From: Balanoglossus misakiensis
Lineage: Eukaryota; Animalia; Hemichordata
Assembly (NCBI GenBank): GCA_040954595.2
Contig: CM082586.2
Location: forward strand, 11,687,337-11,751,336
Length of the DNA: 64,000 nucleotides
Direction: 5' to 3'
A model generated the notes under the pieces. It saw nothing but the letters and a program-made list of their open reading frames with translations, was not told where the DNA came from and did not search any database. Below, one piece after another: positions 26,201 through 42,539 of this stretch. The translations under genes were made by a program, and so were the position numbers. Within the stretch, counting starts at the first letter, position 1. Each line of letters starts with the position of its first letter.

Positions 26201-29200
26201 GGCATGGCTGGGATAAAGCCCCGGCACTCTAGAGCAGAAACACGCGTACAGAGACCACGTTGATCAAGTCTGATCTCCTACGGCTTGGCTCGACTAAAAC
26301 CCCGGCACACTATGACAGACACTAGCGTTCGTTAGCAACGTTGATCAAGTCAGATTTCCTACGGCATGGCTTGGCTAAAGCCCTGGCACTCTAGAGCAGA
26401 AACACGCGTACAGAGACCACGTTGATCTACTCCCATTTCCTTCGGCCTGGCACAGCTGATGCCCCGGCACTATATATAGGACACAGACTGGCGTAAGTTA
26501 ACAACGGTAATCACGTCGGGTTTCCTACGGCCTGGCTCAGCTGAAGCCCCGGCACTCTAGAGCAGAAACAGGCGTACATTGACCACGTTGATCAAGTCAG
26601 ATTTCCTACGGCGTGACTCGGCTGGTGCACCGGCTCTATATGACACAGACTGGCGTAAGTTATCAACGGTGATTACGTCGGATTTCCTACGGCCTGGTTT
26701 AGCTGAAGCCCCGGCACTTTAGAGCGGAAACACGCGTACATTGACCACGATGATCAAGTCAGATCTCCTACGGCCTGGCTCGACTAAAACCCCGGCACAC
26801 CATGACAGACACTAGCGTTCGTTAGCAACGGTGATCAAGTCGGATTTCCTTCGGCCTGGCTCTGCAAAAGACCCGACACTCTAGTACAAATACGTTGGCT
26901 AAGTTGGGCAAACCGAAGAGGGAAAGTCGCAGCGGGTCAACACTCGACATTTGTTCCGGTAGGACTGCATTATTGCCTGTCGATTTATAGAGAGAGCCCG
27001 AATTTAACCAGGGCGTTTCAAACACCGACGTTTGGTGGGAGCACGGCCTACAGTACTGCCGGGTAAGCTGACATCGGCGTACCGCATATAATGTAAGGGG
27101 GGGGGGGGACAGAACGGTTCAATACTACATTTATTAGATATCAGCTAATTTTGGACAATCATCTAAAATCTAAATCATTTTTTCATATTTGGATATCTGA
27201 TGATGTATGAAATTTCCATTATATGTAAAAATGGTGCTTATTATAAAACATGCACTCTGAATGAACTGATTTAATACAAGATTGCGTTTTATTCGTTTTT
27301 GCACCAAAAAGGTCATTTTAAGGCAAAACATTCTTTATATTTTTAATTCGGTGACCTGATCATATATAAACAATTGCTTGTGTGTTAAACGTTTTTATGG
27401 CTTTTAAAAGCAGTGACACTGGCGGCATTCATCACGAAAATAACAATTTTAGCCACAATTCGGTCAAAATGGTAAATTTTTGAAAATTACAAAAAATACC
27501 TGTTTTCTACATTTTCGGAAATCTGATGGAGTATAGAAAACTCTTCGTATGTATATATTGATACAAATTCCACAAAAGACCGTCTAATTTGGCTCACTGC
27601 AGACAAAATTGCGTTTTACCAAATTTTCCTTGAAAATGTCATTTTTAGAAAAAAAAATAAAAAACCTTTGTTCTTCGAATTTAGTGCCTGATCATATATG
27701 ACATGTTGATTGTATGTTAAAACTTTCGACCACTCCAAAAATGCTGAGATATTGACGGAATTCAAGAAAAAATAGCCATTTTGGCCATATTTTGACAAAA
27801 ATGGTAAATTTTTAAAAAATCATAAAAAATTAACTCTTTTCTTCATTTTCGGAAATATTATAGAGCATGAAGTGTCGTTCTCTTGTAAAAAGTGCTGCAA
27901 ATTCCAGAAAAGGCGGTATAATTTGAATCACCCAAGACAAAATTACCATTTTCGACTTTTTTTCGAAATATTGTTTTTTTACAAAATAAATAAGAATACA
28001 TTCTTTTCTTAGTTCCAAACGGGTAGAGATACTTTCCACACGGATTTCTAACATTGAATTCCCGTTCATCAACCCAGATTTCCTACAAGTCGGCTAAAAC
28101 CCTGACACTCTAGAACAGAAACAGTTGCACACTGGTAACGTTGAACAAGTCGATTTTTCTACGGCCTGGCTCGGCTAAATCTCCGTCACAATATGACATA
28201 CACTAGCGTAGGTTGGCAACGGTGATCAAGTCAGATTTTCTACGGCATGGCTTGGATAAAGCCCCGGCACTCCAGAGCAGAAACACGCGTACAGAGACCA
28301 CGTTGATCAAGTCTGATCTCCTACGGCTTGGTTCGACTAAAAGCCCGGCACACTATGACAGACACTAGCGTTCGTTAGCAACGGTGATCAAGTCAGATTT
28401 TCTACGGCATGGCTTGGCTAAAGCCCTGGCACTCTAGAGCAGAAACACGCGTACAGAGACCACGTTGATCTACTCACATTTCCTTCGGCCTGGCACGGCT
28501 GATGCCCCGGCACTATATATAGGACACAAACTGGCGTAAGTTAACAACGGTAATCACGTCGGGTTTCCTACGGCCTGGCTCAGCTGAAGCCCCGGCTCTC
28601 TAGAGCAGAAACAGGCGTACATTGACCACGTTGATCAAGTAAGATTTCCTACGGCGTGACTCAGCTGGTACACCGGCTCTATATGACACAGACTGGCGTA
28701 TGTTATCAACGGTGATTACGTCGGATTTCCTACGGCCTGGTTTAGCTGAAGCCCCGGCACTTTAGAGCGGAAACACGCGTACATTGACCACGATGATCAA
28801 GTCAGATCTCCTACGGCCTGGCTCGACTAAAACCCCGGCACACCATGACAGACACTAGCGTTCGTTAGCAACGGTGATCAAGTCGGATTTCCTTCGGCCT
28901 GGCTCTGCAAAAGACCCGACACTCTAGTACAAAGACGTTGGCTAAGTCGGGCAAACCGAAGAGGGAAAGTCACAGCGGGTCAACACTCGACATTTGTTCC
29001 GGTAGGACTACATTATTGCCTGTCAATTTATAGAGAAAGCCCGAATTTAACCAGGGCGTTTCAAACACCGACGTTAGTTGTGGGCACGGCCTGCAGTACT
29101 GACGGGTAAGCTGACATCGGCGTACCGCATATAATGTAGGGGGGGGGGGGGGAACAGAACGGTTCAATACTACATTTATTAAATATCAGCTAATTTTGGA

Positions 29201-32200
29201 CAATCATCTAAAATCTAAATCATTTTTTCATATTTGGATATCTGGTGATGTATGAAATTTCCATTATATGTAAAAATGGTGCTGATTATAAAAAAATGCA
29301 CTCTGAATGAGCTTATTTAATACAAAATTGCGTTTTATTCGTTTTTGCACCAAAAAGGTCATTTTTAGGCCAAACATTCTTTATTTTTTTTAATTCGGTG
29401 ACCTGATCATATATAAACAATTGCTTGTATGTTAAAAGTTTTTATGACTTTTAAAAGCAGTGACACTGGCGGCATTCAACACGAAAATAACAATTTTAGC
29501 CATAATTTGATCAAAATGGTAAATTTTTGAAAATTACAAAAAATACCTGTTTTCTACATTTTCGGAAATCTGATGGAGTATAGAATGCTCTTCGTATGTA
29601 TATATCGATACAAATTCCACAAAAGACAATCTAATTTGGCTCACTGCAGACAAAATTGCGTTTTACCAAATGTTCCTTGAAAATGTCATTTTTAGAAAAA
29701 AAACTAAAAAAAACTTTGTTCTTCGAATTTGGTGCCCTGATCATATATGACATGTTGATTGTATGTTAAAACTTTCGACCACTCCAAAAATGCAGAGATA
29801 TTGACGGAATTCAAGAAAAAATAGCCATTTTGGCCATATTTTGACAAAAATGGTAATTTCTTAAAAAATCATAAAAAATTAACTCTTTTCTTCATTTTCG
29901 GAAATATTATGGAGCATGAAGTGTCGTTCTCTTGTAAAAAGTGCTGCAAATTCCAGAAAAGGCGGTATAATTTGAATCACCCAAGACAAAATTACCATTT
30001 TCGACTTTTTTTCGAAAAATTGTCTTGTTTTACAAAATAAATAAGAATAAATTCTTTTCTTAGTTTCAAACGGGTAGAGATACTTTACACACGGGTTTTC
30101 TAACATTGAATTCCCGTTCATCAACTCAGATTTCCTACAGCACAAGTCGGCTAAAACCCTGACACTCTAGAGCAGAAACAGTTGCACACTGGTAACGTTG
30201 AACAAGTCGATTTTTCTACGGCCTGGCTCGGCTAAATCTCCGTCACAATATGACAGACACTAGCGTAAGTTAGCAACGGTGATCAAGTCAGATTTTCTAC
30301 GGCATAGCTCGGATAAAGCCCCGGCACTCTAGAGCAGAAACACGCGTACAGAGACCACGTTGATCAAGTCTGATCTCCTACGGCTTGGCTCGACTAAAAC
30401 CCCGGCACACTATGACAGACACTAGCGTTCGTTAGCAACGTTGATCAAGTCAGATTTCCTACGGCATGGCTTGGCTAAAGCCCTGGCACTCTAGAGCAGA
30501 AACACGCGTACAGAGACCACGTTGATCTACTCACATTTCCTTCGGCCTGGCACGGCTGATGCCCAGGCACTATATATATAGGACACAGACTGGCGTAAGT
30601 TAACAACGGTAATCACGTCGGGTTTCCTACGGCCTGGCTCAGATGAAGCCCCGGCACTCTAGAGCAGAAACAGGCGTACAGTGACCACGTTGATCAAGTC
30701 AGATTTCCTACGGCGTGACTCGGCTGGTGCACCGGCTCTATATAACACAGACTGGCGTAAGTTATCAACGGTGATTACGTCGGATTTCCTACGGCCTGGT
30801 TTAGCTGAAGCCCCGGCACTTTAGAGCGGAAACACGCGTACATTGACCACGATGATCAAGTCAGATCTCCTACGGCCTGGCTCGACTAAACCCCGGCACA
30901 CCATGACAGACACTAGCGTTCGTTAGCAACGGTGATCAAGTCGGATTTCCTTCGGCCTGGCTCTGCAAAAGACCCGACACATTAGTACAAAGACGTTGGC
31001 TAAGTCGGGCAAACCGAAGAGGGAAAGTCACAGCGGGTCAACACTCGACATTTGGTCGGGTAGGACTGCATTATTGCCTGTCAATTTATAGAGAAAGCCC
31101 GAATTTAACCAGGGCGTTTCAAACACCGACGTTAGTTGGGGGCACGGCCTGCAGTACTGCCGGGTAAGCTGACATCGGCGTACCTCATTTAATGTAGGGG
31201 GGGGGGAACAGAACGGTTCAATACTACATTTATTAAACATCAGCTAATTTTGGACAATCATCTAAAATCTAAATCATTTTTTCATATTTGGATATCTGAT
31301 GATGTATGACATTTCCATTATATGTAAAAATGGTGCTGATTATAAAAAATGCACTCTGAATGAGCTGATTTAATACAAAATTGCGTTCTATTCGTTTTTG
31401 CGCCAAAAAGGTCATTTTTAGGCAAAACATTCTTTATTTTTTTAATTCGGTGACCTGATCATATTTAAACAATTGCTTGTATGTTGAAAGTTTTTATGAC
31501 TTTTAAAAGCAGTGACACTGGCGGCATTCAACACGAAAATAACAATTTTAGCCACAATTTGGTCAAAATGGTAAATTTTTGAAAATTACAAAAAATACAT
31601 GTTTTCTACATTTTCGGAAATCTGATGGAGTATAGAATGCTCTTCGTATGTATTTATCTATAAGAATTCCACAAAAGACTGTCTAATTTGGCTCACTGCA
31701 GACAAAATTGCGTTTTACCAAATTTTCCTTGAAAATGTCATTTTTAGAAAAAAAAATAAAAAAACCTTTGTTCTTCGAATTTGGTGCCCTGATCATATAT
31801 GACATGTTGATTGTATGTTAAAACTTTCGACCACTCCAAAAAAGCAGAGATATTGACGGAATTCAAGAAAAAATAGCCATTTTGGCCATATGTTGACAAA
31901 AATGGTAAATTTTAAAAAAATCTTAAAAAATTAACTCTTTTCTTCATTTTCGGAAATATTATGGAGCATGAAGTGTCGTTCTCTTGTAAAAAGTGCTGCA
32001 AATTCCAGAAAAGGTGGTATAATTTGAATCACCCAAGACAAAATTACCATTTTCGACATTTTCCGAAAAATTGTCTTTTTTACAAAATAAATAAGAATAA
32101 ATTCTTTTCTTAGTTTCAAACGGGTAGAGATACTTTCCACACGGGTTTTCTAACATTGAATTCCCGTTCATCAACTCAGATTTCCTACAGCATAAGTCGG

Positions 32201-35200
32201 CTAAAACCCTGACACTCTAGAGCAGAAACAGTTGCACACTGGTAACGTTGAACAAGTCGATTTTTCTACGGCCTGGCTCGGCTAAATCTCCGTCAAAATA
32301 TGACAGACACTAGCGTACGTTAGCAACGGTGATCAAGTCAGATTTTCTACGGCATGGCTTGGATAAAGCCCCGGCACTCTAGAGCAGAAACACGCGTACA
32401 GAGACCACGTTGATCAAGTCTGAACTCCTACGGCTTGGCTCGACTAAAACCCCGGCACACTATGACAGACACTAGCGTTCGTTAGCAACGTTGATCAAGT
32501 CAGATTTCCTACGGCATGGCTTGGCTAAAGCCCTGGCACTCTAGAGCAGAAACACGCGTACAGAGACCACGTTGATCTACTCACATTTCCTTCGGCCTGG
32601 CACGGCTGATGCCCCGGCACTATATATAGGACACAGACTGGCGTAAGTTAACAACGGTAATCACGTCGGGTTTCCTACGGCCTGGCTCAGCTGAAGCCCC
32701 GGCACTCTAAAGCAGAAACATGCGTACATTGACCACGTTGATCAAGTCAGATGTCCTACGGCGTGACTCGGCTGGTGCACCGGCTCTATATGACACAGAC
32801 TGGCGTAAGTTATCAACGGTGATTACGTCGGATTTCCTACGGCCTGGTTTAGCTGAAGCCCCGGCACTTTAGAGCGGAAACACGCGTACATTGACCACGA
32901 TGATCAAGTCAGATCTCCTACGGCCTGGCTCGACTAAACCCCGGCACACCATGACAGACACTAGCGTTCGTTAGCAACGGTGATCAAGTCGGATTTCCTT
33001 CGGCCTGGCTCTGCAAATGACCCGACACTCTAGTACAAAGACGTTGGCTAAGTCGGGCAAAACGAAGAGGGAAAGTCACAGCGGGTCAACACTCGACATT
33101 TGTTCGGGTAGGACTGCATTATTGCCTGTCAATTTATAGAGAGAGCCCGAATTTAACCAGGGCGTTTCAAACACCGACGTTAGTTGGGGGCACGGCCTGC
33201 AGTACTGCCGGGTAAGCTGACATCGGCGTACCGCATATAATGTAGGGGGGGGGACAGAACGGTTCAATACTACATTTATTAGATATCAGCTAATTTTGGA
33301 CAATCATCTAAAATCTAAATCATTTTTTCATATTTGGATATCTGATGATGTATGAAATTTCCATTTTATGTAAAAATGGTGCTGATTATAAAAAATGCAC
33401 TCTGAATGAGCTGATTTAATACAAAATTGCGTTTTATTCGTTTTTGCACCAAAAAGGTCATTTTTAGGCAAAACATTCTTTATTTTTTTAATTCGGTGAC
33501 CTGATCATATATAAACAATTGCTTGTATGTTAAAAGTTTTTATGACTTTTAAAAGCAGTGACACTGGCGGCATTCAACACGAAAATAACAATTTTAGCCA
33601 AAATTTGGTCTAAATGGTAAATTTTTGAAAATTACAAAAATACCTGTTTTCTACATTTTTGGAAATCTGATGGAGTATAGAATGCTCTTCGTATATATAT
33701 ATCGATACAAATTCCACAAAAAAACGGCCAATTTGGCTCACTGCAGACAAAATTGCGTTTTACCAAATTTTCCTTGAAAATGTCATTTTTAGAAAAAAAA
33801 ATAAAAAAACCTTTGTTTTTCGAATTTGGTGCCCTGATCATATATGACATGTTGATTATATGTTAAAACTTTCGACCACTCCAAAAATGCAGAGATATTG
33901 ACGGAATTCAAGAAAAATAGCCATTTTGGCCATATTTTGACAAAAATGGTAAATTTTTAAAAAATCATAAAAAATTAACTCTTTTCTTCATTTTCGGAAA
34001 TATTATGGATAATGAAGTGTCGTTCTCTTTTGAAAAGTGCTGCAAATTCCAGAAAACGCGGTATAAATTGAATCACCCAAGACAAAATTACCATTTTCGA
34101 CTTTTTTTCGAAAAATTGTCTTTTTTACAAAATAAATAAGAATAAATTCTTTTCTTAGTTTGAAACGGGTAGAGATACTTTCCACACGGGTTTTCTAACA
34201 TTGAATTCCCGTTCATCAACTCAGATTTCCTACAGCATAAGTCGGCTAAAACCCTGACACTCTAGAGCAGAAACAGTTGCACACTGGTAACGTTGAACAA
34301 GTCGATTTTTCTACGGCCTGGCTCCGCTAAATGTCCGTCACAATATGACAGACACTAGCGTACGTTAGCAACGGTGATCAAGTCAGATTTTCTACGGCAT
34401 GGCTTGGATAAAGCCCCGGCACTCTAGAGCAGAAAAACGCGTACAGAGACCACGTTGATCAAGTCTGATCTCCTACGGCTTGGCTCGACTGAAACCCCGG
34501 CACACTATGACAGACACTAGCGTTCGTTAGCAACGTTGATTAAGTCAGATTTTCTACGGCATGGCTTGGATAAAGCCCCGGCACTCTAGAGCAGAAAAAC
34601 GCGTACAGAGACCACGTTGATCAAGTCTGATCTCCTACGGCTTGGCTCGACTGAAACCCCGGCACACTATGACAGACACTAGCGTTCGTTAGCAACGGTG
34701 ATCAAGTCTGATTTCCTTCGGCCTGGCTCTGCAAAAGACCCGACACTCTAGTACAAAGACGTTGGCTAAGTCGGGCAAACCGAAGAGGGAAAGTCACAGC
34801 GGGTCAACACTCGACATTTGTTCGGGTAGGACTGCATTATTGCCTGTCAATTTATAGAGAAAGCTCGAATTTAACCAGGGCGTTTCAAACACCGACGTTA
34901 GTTGGGGGCACGGCCTGCAGTACTGCCGGGTAAGCTGACATCGGCGTACCGCATGTAATGTAGGGGGGGGGGGAACAGAACGGTTTAATACTACATTTAT
35001 CAGATATCAGCTAATTTTGGACAATCATCTTAAATCTAATTCATTTTTTCATATTTGGATATCTGATGATGTATGAAATTTCCATTATATGTAAAAATGG
35101 TGCTGATTATAAAAATGCACTCTGAATGAGCTGATTTAATACAAAATTGCGTTTTATTCGTTTTTGCACCAAAAAGGTCATTTTTAGGCAAAACATTCTT

Positions 35201-38200
35201 TATTTTTTTAATTCGGTGACCTGATCATATATAAACAATTGCTTGTATGTTAAAAGTTTTTATGACTTTTAAAAGCAGTGACACTGGCGGCATTCAACAT
35301 GAAAATAACAATTTTAGCCACAATTTGGTCAAAATGGTAAATTTTTGAAAATTACAAAATAATACCTGTTTTCTACATTTTCGGAAATCTGATGGAGTAT
35401 AGAATGCTCTTCGTATGTATATATCGATACAAATTCCAAAAAAAAAGACCGTCTAATTTGGCTCACTGCAGACAAAATTGCGTTTTACCAAATGTTCCTT
35501 GAAAATGTCATTTTTAGAAAAAAAACTAAAAAAAACTTTGTTCTTCGAATTTGGTGCCCTGATCATATATGACATGTTGATTGTATGTTAAAACTTTCGA
35601 CCACTCCAAAAATGCAGATATATTGACGGAATTCAAGAAAAAAATAGCCATTTTGGCCATATTTTGACAAAAATGGTAAATTTTTAAAAAATCATAAAAA
35701 AATAACTCTTTTCTTCATTTTCCGAAATATTATGGAGCATGAAGTGTCGTTCTCTTGTAAGAAGTGCAGCAAATTCCAGAAAAGGCGGTATAATTTGAAT
35801 CACCCAAGACAAAATTACCATTTTCGACTTTTTTTCGAAAAATTGTCTTTTTTACAAAATAAATAAGAATAAATTCTTTTCTTAGTTTCAAACGGGTAGA
35901 GATACTTTCCACAAGGGTTTTCTAACATTGAATTCCCGTTCATCAACTCAGATTTCCTACAGCATAAGTCGGCTAAAACCCTGACACTCTAGAGCAGAAA
36001 CAGTTGCACACTGGTAACGTTGAACAAGTCGATTTTTCTATGGCCTGGCTCGGCTAAATCTCCGTCACAATATGACAGACACTAGCGTACGTTAGCAACG
36101 GTGATCAAATCAGATTTTCTACGGCATGGCTTGGATAAAGCCCCGGCACTCTAGAGCAGAAACACGCGTACAGAGACCACGTTGATCAAGTCTGATCTCC
36201 TACGGCTTGGCTCGACTAAAACCCCGGCACACTATGACAGACACTAGCGTTCGTTAGCAACGTTGATCAAGTCAGATTTCCTACGGCATGGCTTGGCTAA
36301 AGTCCTGGCACTCTAGAGCAGAAACACGCGTACAGAGACCACGTTGATCTACTCACATTTCCTTCGGCCTGGCACGGCTGATACCCCGGCACTATATATA
36401 GGACACAGACTGGCGTAAGTTAACAACGGTAATCACGTCGGGTTTCCTACGGCCTGGCTCAGCTGAAGCCCCGGCACTCTAGAGCAGAAACAGGCGTACA
36501 TTGACCACGTTGATCAAGTCAGATTTCCTACGGCGTGACTCGGCTGGTGCACCGGCTCTATATGACACAGACTGGCGTAAGTTATCAACAGTGATTACGT
36601 CGGATTTCCTACGGCCTGGTTTAGCTGAAGCCCCGGCACTTTAGAGCGGAAACACGCGTACATTGACCACGATGATCAAGTCAGATCTCCTACGGCCTGG
36701 CTCGACTAAAACCCCGGCACACCATGACAGACACTAGCGTTCGTTAGCAACGGTGATCTAGTCGGATTTCCTTCGGCCTGGCTCTGCAAAAGACCCGACA
36801 CTCTAGTACAAAGACGTTTGCTAAGTCGGGCAAACCGAAGAGGGAAAATCACAGCGGTTCAACACTTGACATTTGTTCGGGTAGGACTACATTATTGCCT
36901 GTCAATTTATAGAGAAAGCCCGAAATTAACCAGGGCGTTTCAAACACCGACGTTAGTTGGGGGCACGGCCTGCAGTACTGCCGGGTAAGCTGACATCGGC
37001 GTACCGCATATAATGTAGGGGGGGGGGAACAGAATGGTTCTATACTACATTTATTAGATATCAACTAATTTTGGACAATCATCTAAAATCTAAATCATTT
37101 TTTCATATTTGGATATCTGATGATGTATGAAATTTCCATTATATGTAAAAATGGTGCTGATTATAAAAAATGCATTCTGATTCAATACAAAATTGCGTTT
37201 TATTCGTTTTTGCACCAAAAAGGTCATTTTTAGGCAAAACATTCTTTATTTTTTTAATTCGGTGACCTGATCATATATAAACAATTGCTTGTATGTTAAA
37301 AGTTTTTATGACTTTTAAAAGCAGTGACACTGGCGGCATTCAACACGGAAATAACAATTGTAGCCACAATTTGGTCAAAATGGTAAATTTTTGAAAATTA
37401 CAAAAAATACCTGTTTTCTACATTTTCGGAAATCTGATGGAGTATAGAATGCTCTTCGCATGTATATATCGATACAAATTCCACAAAAGACCGTCTAATT
37501 TGGCTCACTGCAGACAAAATTGCGTTTTACCAAATTTTCCTTGAAAATGTCATTTTTAGAAAAAAAAATTAAAAAACCTTTGTTCTTCGAATTTGGTGCC
37601 CTGATCATATATGACATGTTGATTGTATGTTAAGACTTTCGACCACTCCAAAAATGCAGAGATATTGACGGAATTCAAGAAAAAATAGCCATTTTGGCCA
37701 TATTTTGACAAAAATGGTAAATTTTTAAAAAATCATAAAAAATTAACTCTTTTCTTATTTTTTCGGAAATATTATGGAGCATGAAGTGTCGTTCTCTTGT
37801 AAAAAGTGCTGCAAATTCCAGAAAAGGCGGTATAATTTAAATCACCCAAGAGAAAATTACCATTTTCGACTTGTTTTCGAAAAATTGTCTTTTTTACAAA
37901 ATAAATAAGAATAAATTCTTTTCTTAGTTTCAAACGGGTAGAGATACTTTCCACACGGGTTTTCTAACATTGAATTCCCGTTCATCAACTCAGATTTCCT
38001 ACAGCATAAGTCGGCTAAAACCCTGACACTCTAGAGCAGAAACAGTTGCACACTGGTAACGTTGAACAAGTCGATTTTTCTACGGCCTGGCTCCGCTAAA
38101 TGTCCGTCACAATATGACAGACACTAGCGTACGTTAGCAACGGTGATCAAGTCAGATTTTCTACGGCATGGCTTGGATAAAGCCCCGGCACTCTAGAGCA

Positions 38201-41200
38201 GAAACACGCGTACAGAGACCACGTTTATTAAGTCTGATCTCCTACGGCTTGGCTCGACTAAAACCCCGGCACACTATGACAGACACTAGCGTTCGTTAGC
38301 AACGTTGATCAAGTCAGATTTCCTACGGCATGGCTTGGCTAAAGCCCTGGCACTCTAGAGCAGAAACACGCGTACATTGACCACGTTGATCAAGTCAGAT
38401 TTCCTACGGCGTGACTCGGCTGGTGCACCGGCTCTATATGACACAGACTGGCGTAAGTTATCAACGGTGATTACGGCGGATGTCCTACGGCCTGGTTTAG
38501 CTGAAGCCCCGGCACTTTAGAGCGGAAACACGCGTACATTGACCACGATGATCAAGTCAGATCTCCTACGGCCTGGCCCGACTAAAACCCCGGCACACCA
38601 TGACAGACACTAGCGTTCGTTAGCAGCGGTGATCAAGTCGGATTTCCTTCGGCCTGGCTCTGCAAAAGACCCGACACTCTAGTACAAAGACGTTGGCTAA
38701 GTCGGGCAAACCGAAGAGGGAAAGTCACAGCGGGTCAACACTCGACATTTGTTCGGGTAGGACTGCATTATTGCCTGTCAATTTATAGAGAAAGCCCGAA
38801 TTTAACCAGGGCGTTTCAAACACCGACGTTAGTTGGGGGCACGGCCTGCAGTACTGCCGGGTAAGCTGACATCGGCGTACCGCATATAATGTAGGGGGGG
38901 GGGGGGACAGAACGGTTCAATACTATATTTATTAGATATCAGCTAATTTTGGACAATCATCTAAAATCTAAATCATTTTTTCATATTTGGATATCTGATG
39001 ATGTATTAAATTTCCATTACATGTAAAAATGGTGCTGATTATAAAAAATGCATTCTGATTTAATACAAAATTGCGTTTTATTCGTTTTTGCACCAAAAAG
39101 GTCATTTTTAGGCAAAACATTCTTTATTTTTTTAATTCGGTGACCTGATCATATATAAACAATTGCTTGTATGTTAAAAGTTTTTATGACTTTTAAAAGC
39201 AGTGACACTGGCGGCATTCAACACGAAAATAACAATTTTAGCCACAATTTGGTCAAAATGGTAAATTTTTGAAAATTACAAAAAAATACCTGTTTTCTAC
39301 ATTTTCGGAAATCTGATGGAGTATAGAATGCTCTTCGTATGTATATATCGATACAAATTCCACAAAAGACCGTCTAATTTGGCTCACTGCAGACAAAATT
39401 GCGTTTTACCAAATTTTCCTTGAAAATGTCATTTTTAGAAGAAAAAAAATAAAAAAACCTTTGTTCTTCGAATTTGGTGCCCTGATCATATATGACATGT
39501 TGATTGTATGTTAAAACTTTCGTCCACTCCAAAAATGCAGATATATTGACGGAATTCAAGAAAAAATAGCCATTTTGGCCATATTTTGACAAAAATGGTA
39601 AATTTTTAAAAAATCATAAAAAAATAACTCTTTTCTTCATTTTCCGAAATATTATGGAGCATGAAGTGTCGTTCTCTTGTAAGAAGTGCAGCAAATTCCA
39701 GAAAAGGCGGTATAATTTGAATCACCCAAGACAAAATTACCATTTTCAACTTTTTTTCGAAAAATTGTCTTTTTTACAAAATAAATAAGAATAAATTCTT
39801 TTCTTAGTTTCAAACGGGTAGAGATACTTTCCACACGGGTTTTCTAACATTGAATTCCCATTCATCAACTCAGATTTCCTACAGCATAAGTCGGCTAAAA
39901 CCCTGACACTCTAGAGCAGAAACAGTTGCACACTGGTAACGTTGAACATGTCGATTTTTCTACGGCCTGGCTCTGCTAAATCACCGTCACAATATGACAG
40001 ACACTAGCGTACGTTAGCAACGGTGATCAAGTCAGATTTTCTACGGCATGGCTTGGATAAAGCCCCGGCACTCTAGAGCAGAAACACGCGTACAGAGACG
40101 ATCAAGTCTGATCTCCTACGGCTTGGCTCGACTAAAACCATGGCACACTTTGACAGACACTAGCGTTCGTTAGCAACGTTGATCAAGTCAGATTTCCTAC
40201 GGCATGGCTTGGCTAAAGTCCTGGCACTCTAGAGCAGAAACACGCGTACAGAGACCACGTTGATCTACTCACATTTCCTTCGGCCTGGCACGGCTGATGC
40301 CCCGGCACTATATATAGGACACAGACTGGCGTAAGTTAACAACGGTAATCACGTCGGGTTTCCTACGGCCTGGCTCAGCTGAAGCCCCGGCACTCTAGAG
40401 CAGAAACAGGCGTACATTGACCACGTTGATCAAGTCAGATTTCCTACGGCGTGACTCGGCTGGTGCACCGGCTCTATATGACACAGACTGGCGTAAGTTA
40501 TCAACAGTGATTACGTCGGATTTCCTACGGCCTGGTTTAGCTGAAGCCCCGGCACTTTAGAGCGGAAACACGCGTACATTGACCACGATGATCAAGTCAG
40601 ATCTCCTACGGCCTGGCTCGACTAAAACCCCGGCACACCATGACAGACACTAGCGTTCGTTAGCAACGGTGATCAAGTCGGATTTCCTTCGGCCTGGCTC
40701 TGCAAAAGACCCGACACTCTAGTACAAAGACGTTGGCTAAGTCGGGCAAACCGAAGAGGGAAAGTCACAGCGGTTCAACACTTGACATTTGTTCGGGTAG
40801 GACTGCATTATTGCCTGTCAATTTATAGAGAAAGCCCGAAATTAACCAGGGCGTTTCAAACACCGACGTTAGTTGGGGGCACGGCCTGCAGTACTGCCGG
40901 GTAAGCTGACATCGGCGTACCGCATATAATGTAGGGGGGGGGGGGGGAACAGAATGGTTCAATACTACATTTATTAGATATCAACTAATTTTGGACAATC
41001 ATCTAAAATCTAAATCATTTTTTCATATTTGGATATCTGATGATGTATGAAATTTCCATTATATGTAAAAATGGTGCTGATTATAAAAAATGCATTCTGA
41101 TTCAATACAAAATTGCGTTTTATTCGTTTTTGCACCAAAAAGGTCATTTTTAGGCAAAACATTCTTTATTTTTTTAATTCGGTGACCTGATCATATATAA

Positions 41201-42179
41201 ACAATTGCTTGTATGTTAAAAGTTTTTATGACTTTTAAAAGCAGTGACACTGGCGGCATTCAACACGAAAATAACAATTGTAGCCACAATTTGGTCAAAA
41301 TGGTAAATTTTTGAAAATTACAAAAAATACCTGTTTTCTACATTTTCGGAAATCTGATGGAGTATAGAATGCTCTTCGCATGTATATATCGATACAAATT
41401 CCACAAAAGACCGTCTAATTTGGCTCACTGCAGACAAAATTGCGTTTTACCAAATTTTCCTTGAAAATGTCATTTTTAGAAAAAAAAATTAAAAAACCTT
41501 TGTTCTTCGAATTTGGTGCCCTGATCATATATGACATGTTGATTGTATGTTAAGACTTTCAACCACTCCAAAAATGCAGAGATATTGACGGAATTCAAGA
41601 AAAAATAGCCATTTTGGCCAAAATTTGACAAAAATGGTAAATTTTTAAAAAATCATAAAAAATTAACTCTTTTCTTATTTTTTCGGAAATATTATGGAGC
41701 ATGAAGTGTCGTTCTCTTGTAAAAAGTGCTGCAAATTCCAGAAAAGGCGGTATAATTTAAATCACCCAAGACAAAATTACCATTTTCGACTTGTTTTCGA
41801 AAAATTGTCTTTTTTACAAAATAAATAAGAATAAATTCTTTTCTTAGTTTCAAACGGGTAGAGATACTTTCCACACGGGTTTTCTAACATTGAATTCCCG
41901 TTCATCAACTCAGATTTCCTACAGCATAAGTCGGCTAAAACCCTGACACTCTAGAGCAGAAACAGTTGCACACTGGTAACGTTGAACAAGTCGATTTTTC
42001 TACGGCCTGGCTCCGCTAAATGTCCGTCACAATATGACAGACACTAGCGTACGTTAGCAACGGTGATCAAGTCAGATTTTCTACGGCATGGCTTGGATAA
42101 ATCCCCGGCACTCTAGAGCAGAAACACGCGTACAGAGACCACGTTTATCAAGTCTGATCTCCTACGGCTTGGCTCGACT

Positions 42180-42539
42180 AGTCCTGTTTCAAAATGACCT
42201 ACATTACACGTCCTATGCACATGTATTACATGTTCTGATTGGTTTATCCGCTTCTCTAAGGTCCACTTGTGGCACGCTGATTGGAGGGACCTTATGTGTA
42301 AGGTCTTATTACTATGCATTATTCACCAGACCCTGTAGGTTAGGTCTTATTACTATGTATTATTCACTTTACAGCTCCCTGATTGGTTATTGTGTAGGTC
42401 TGGTCCTCCAGTGTTCACTGCCTTATTATGCAGGACCTTGTAGGTTAGGTCTTATTAATATGTATTTATTCACCATACAGCTCCCTGATTGGTTAACGTG
42501 TCAGTCTGGTCCCCCAGTGTTCACTGCCTCATCGTGAAA
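42180..42539 (+). repeat. Left inverted arm of the DNA transposon (12-bp TIR plus ~105-bp subterminal repeats)
   Basis: Imperfect reverse complement of 43326-43670, e.g. GCACGCTGATTGGAGGGACCTTATGTG vs CACATAAGGTCCCTCCAATCAGCGTGC. TGTAGGTTAGGTCTTATTA repeats at 42334 and 42439. Confidence 0.88.
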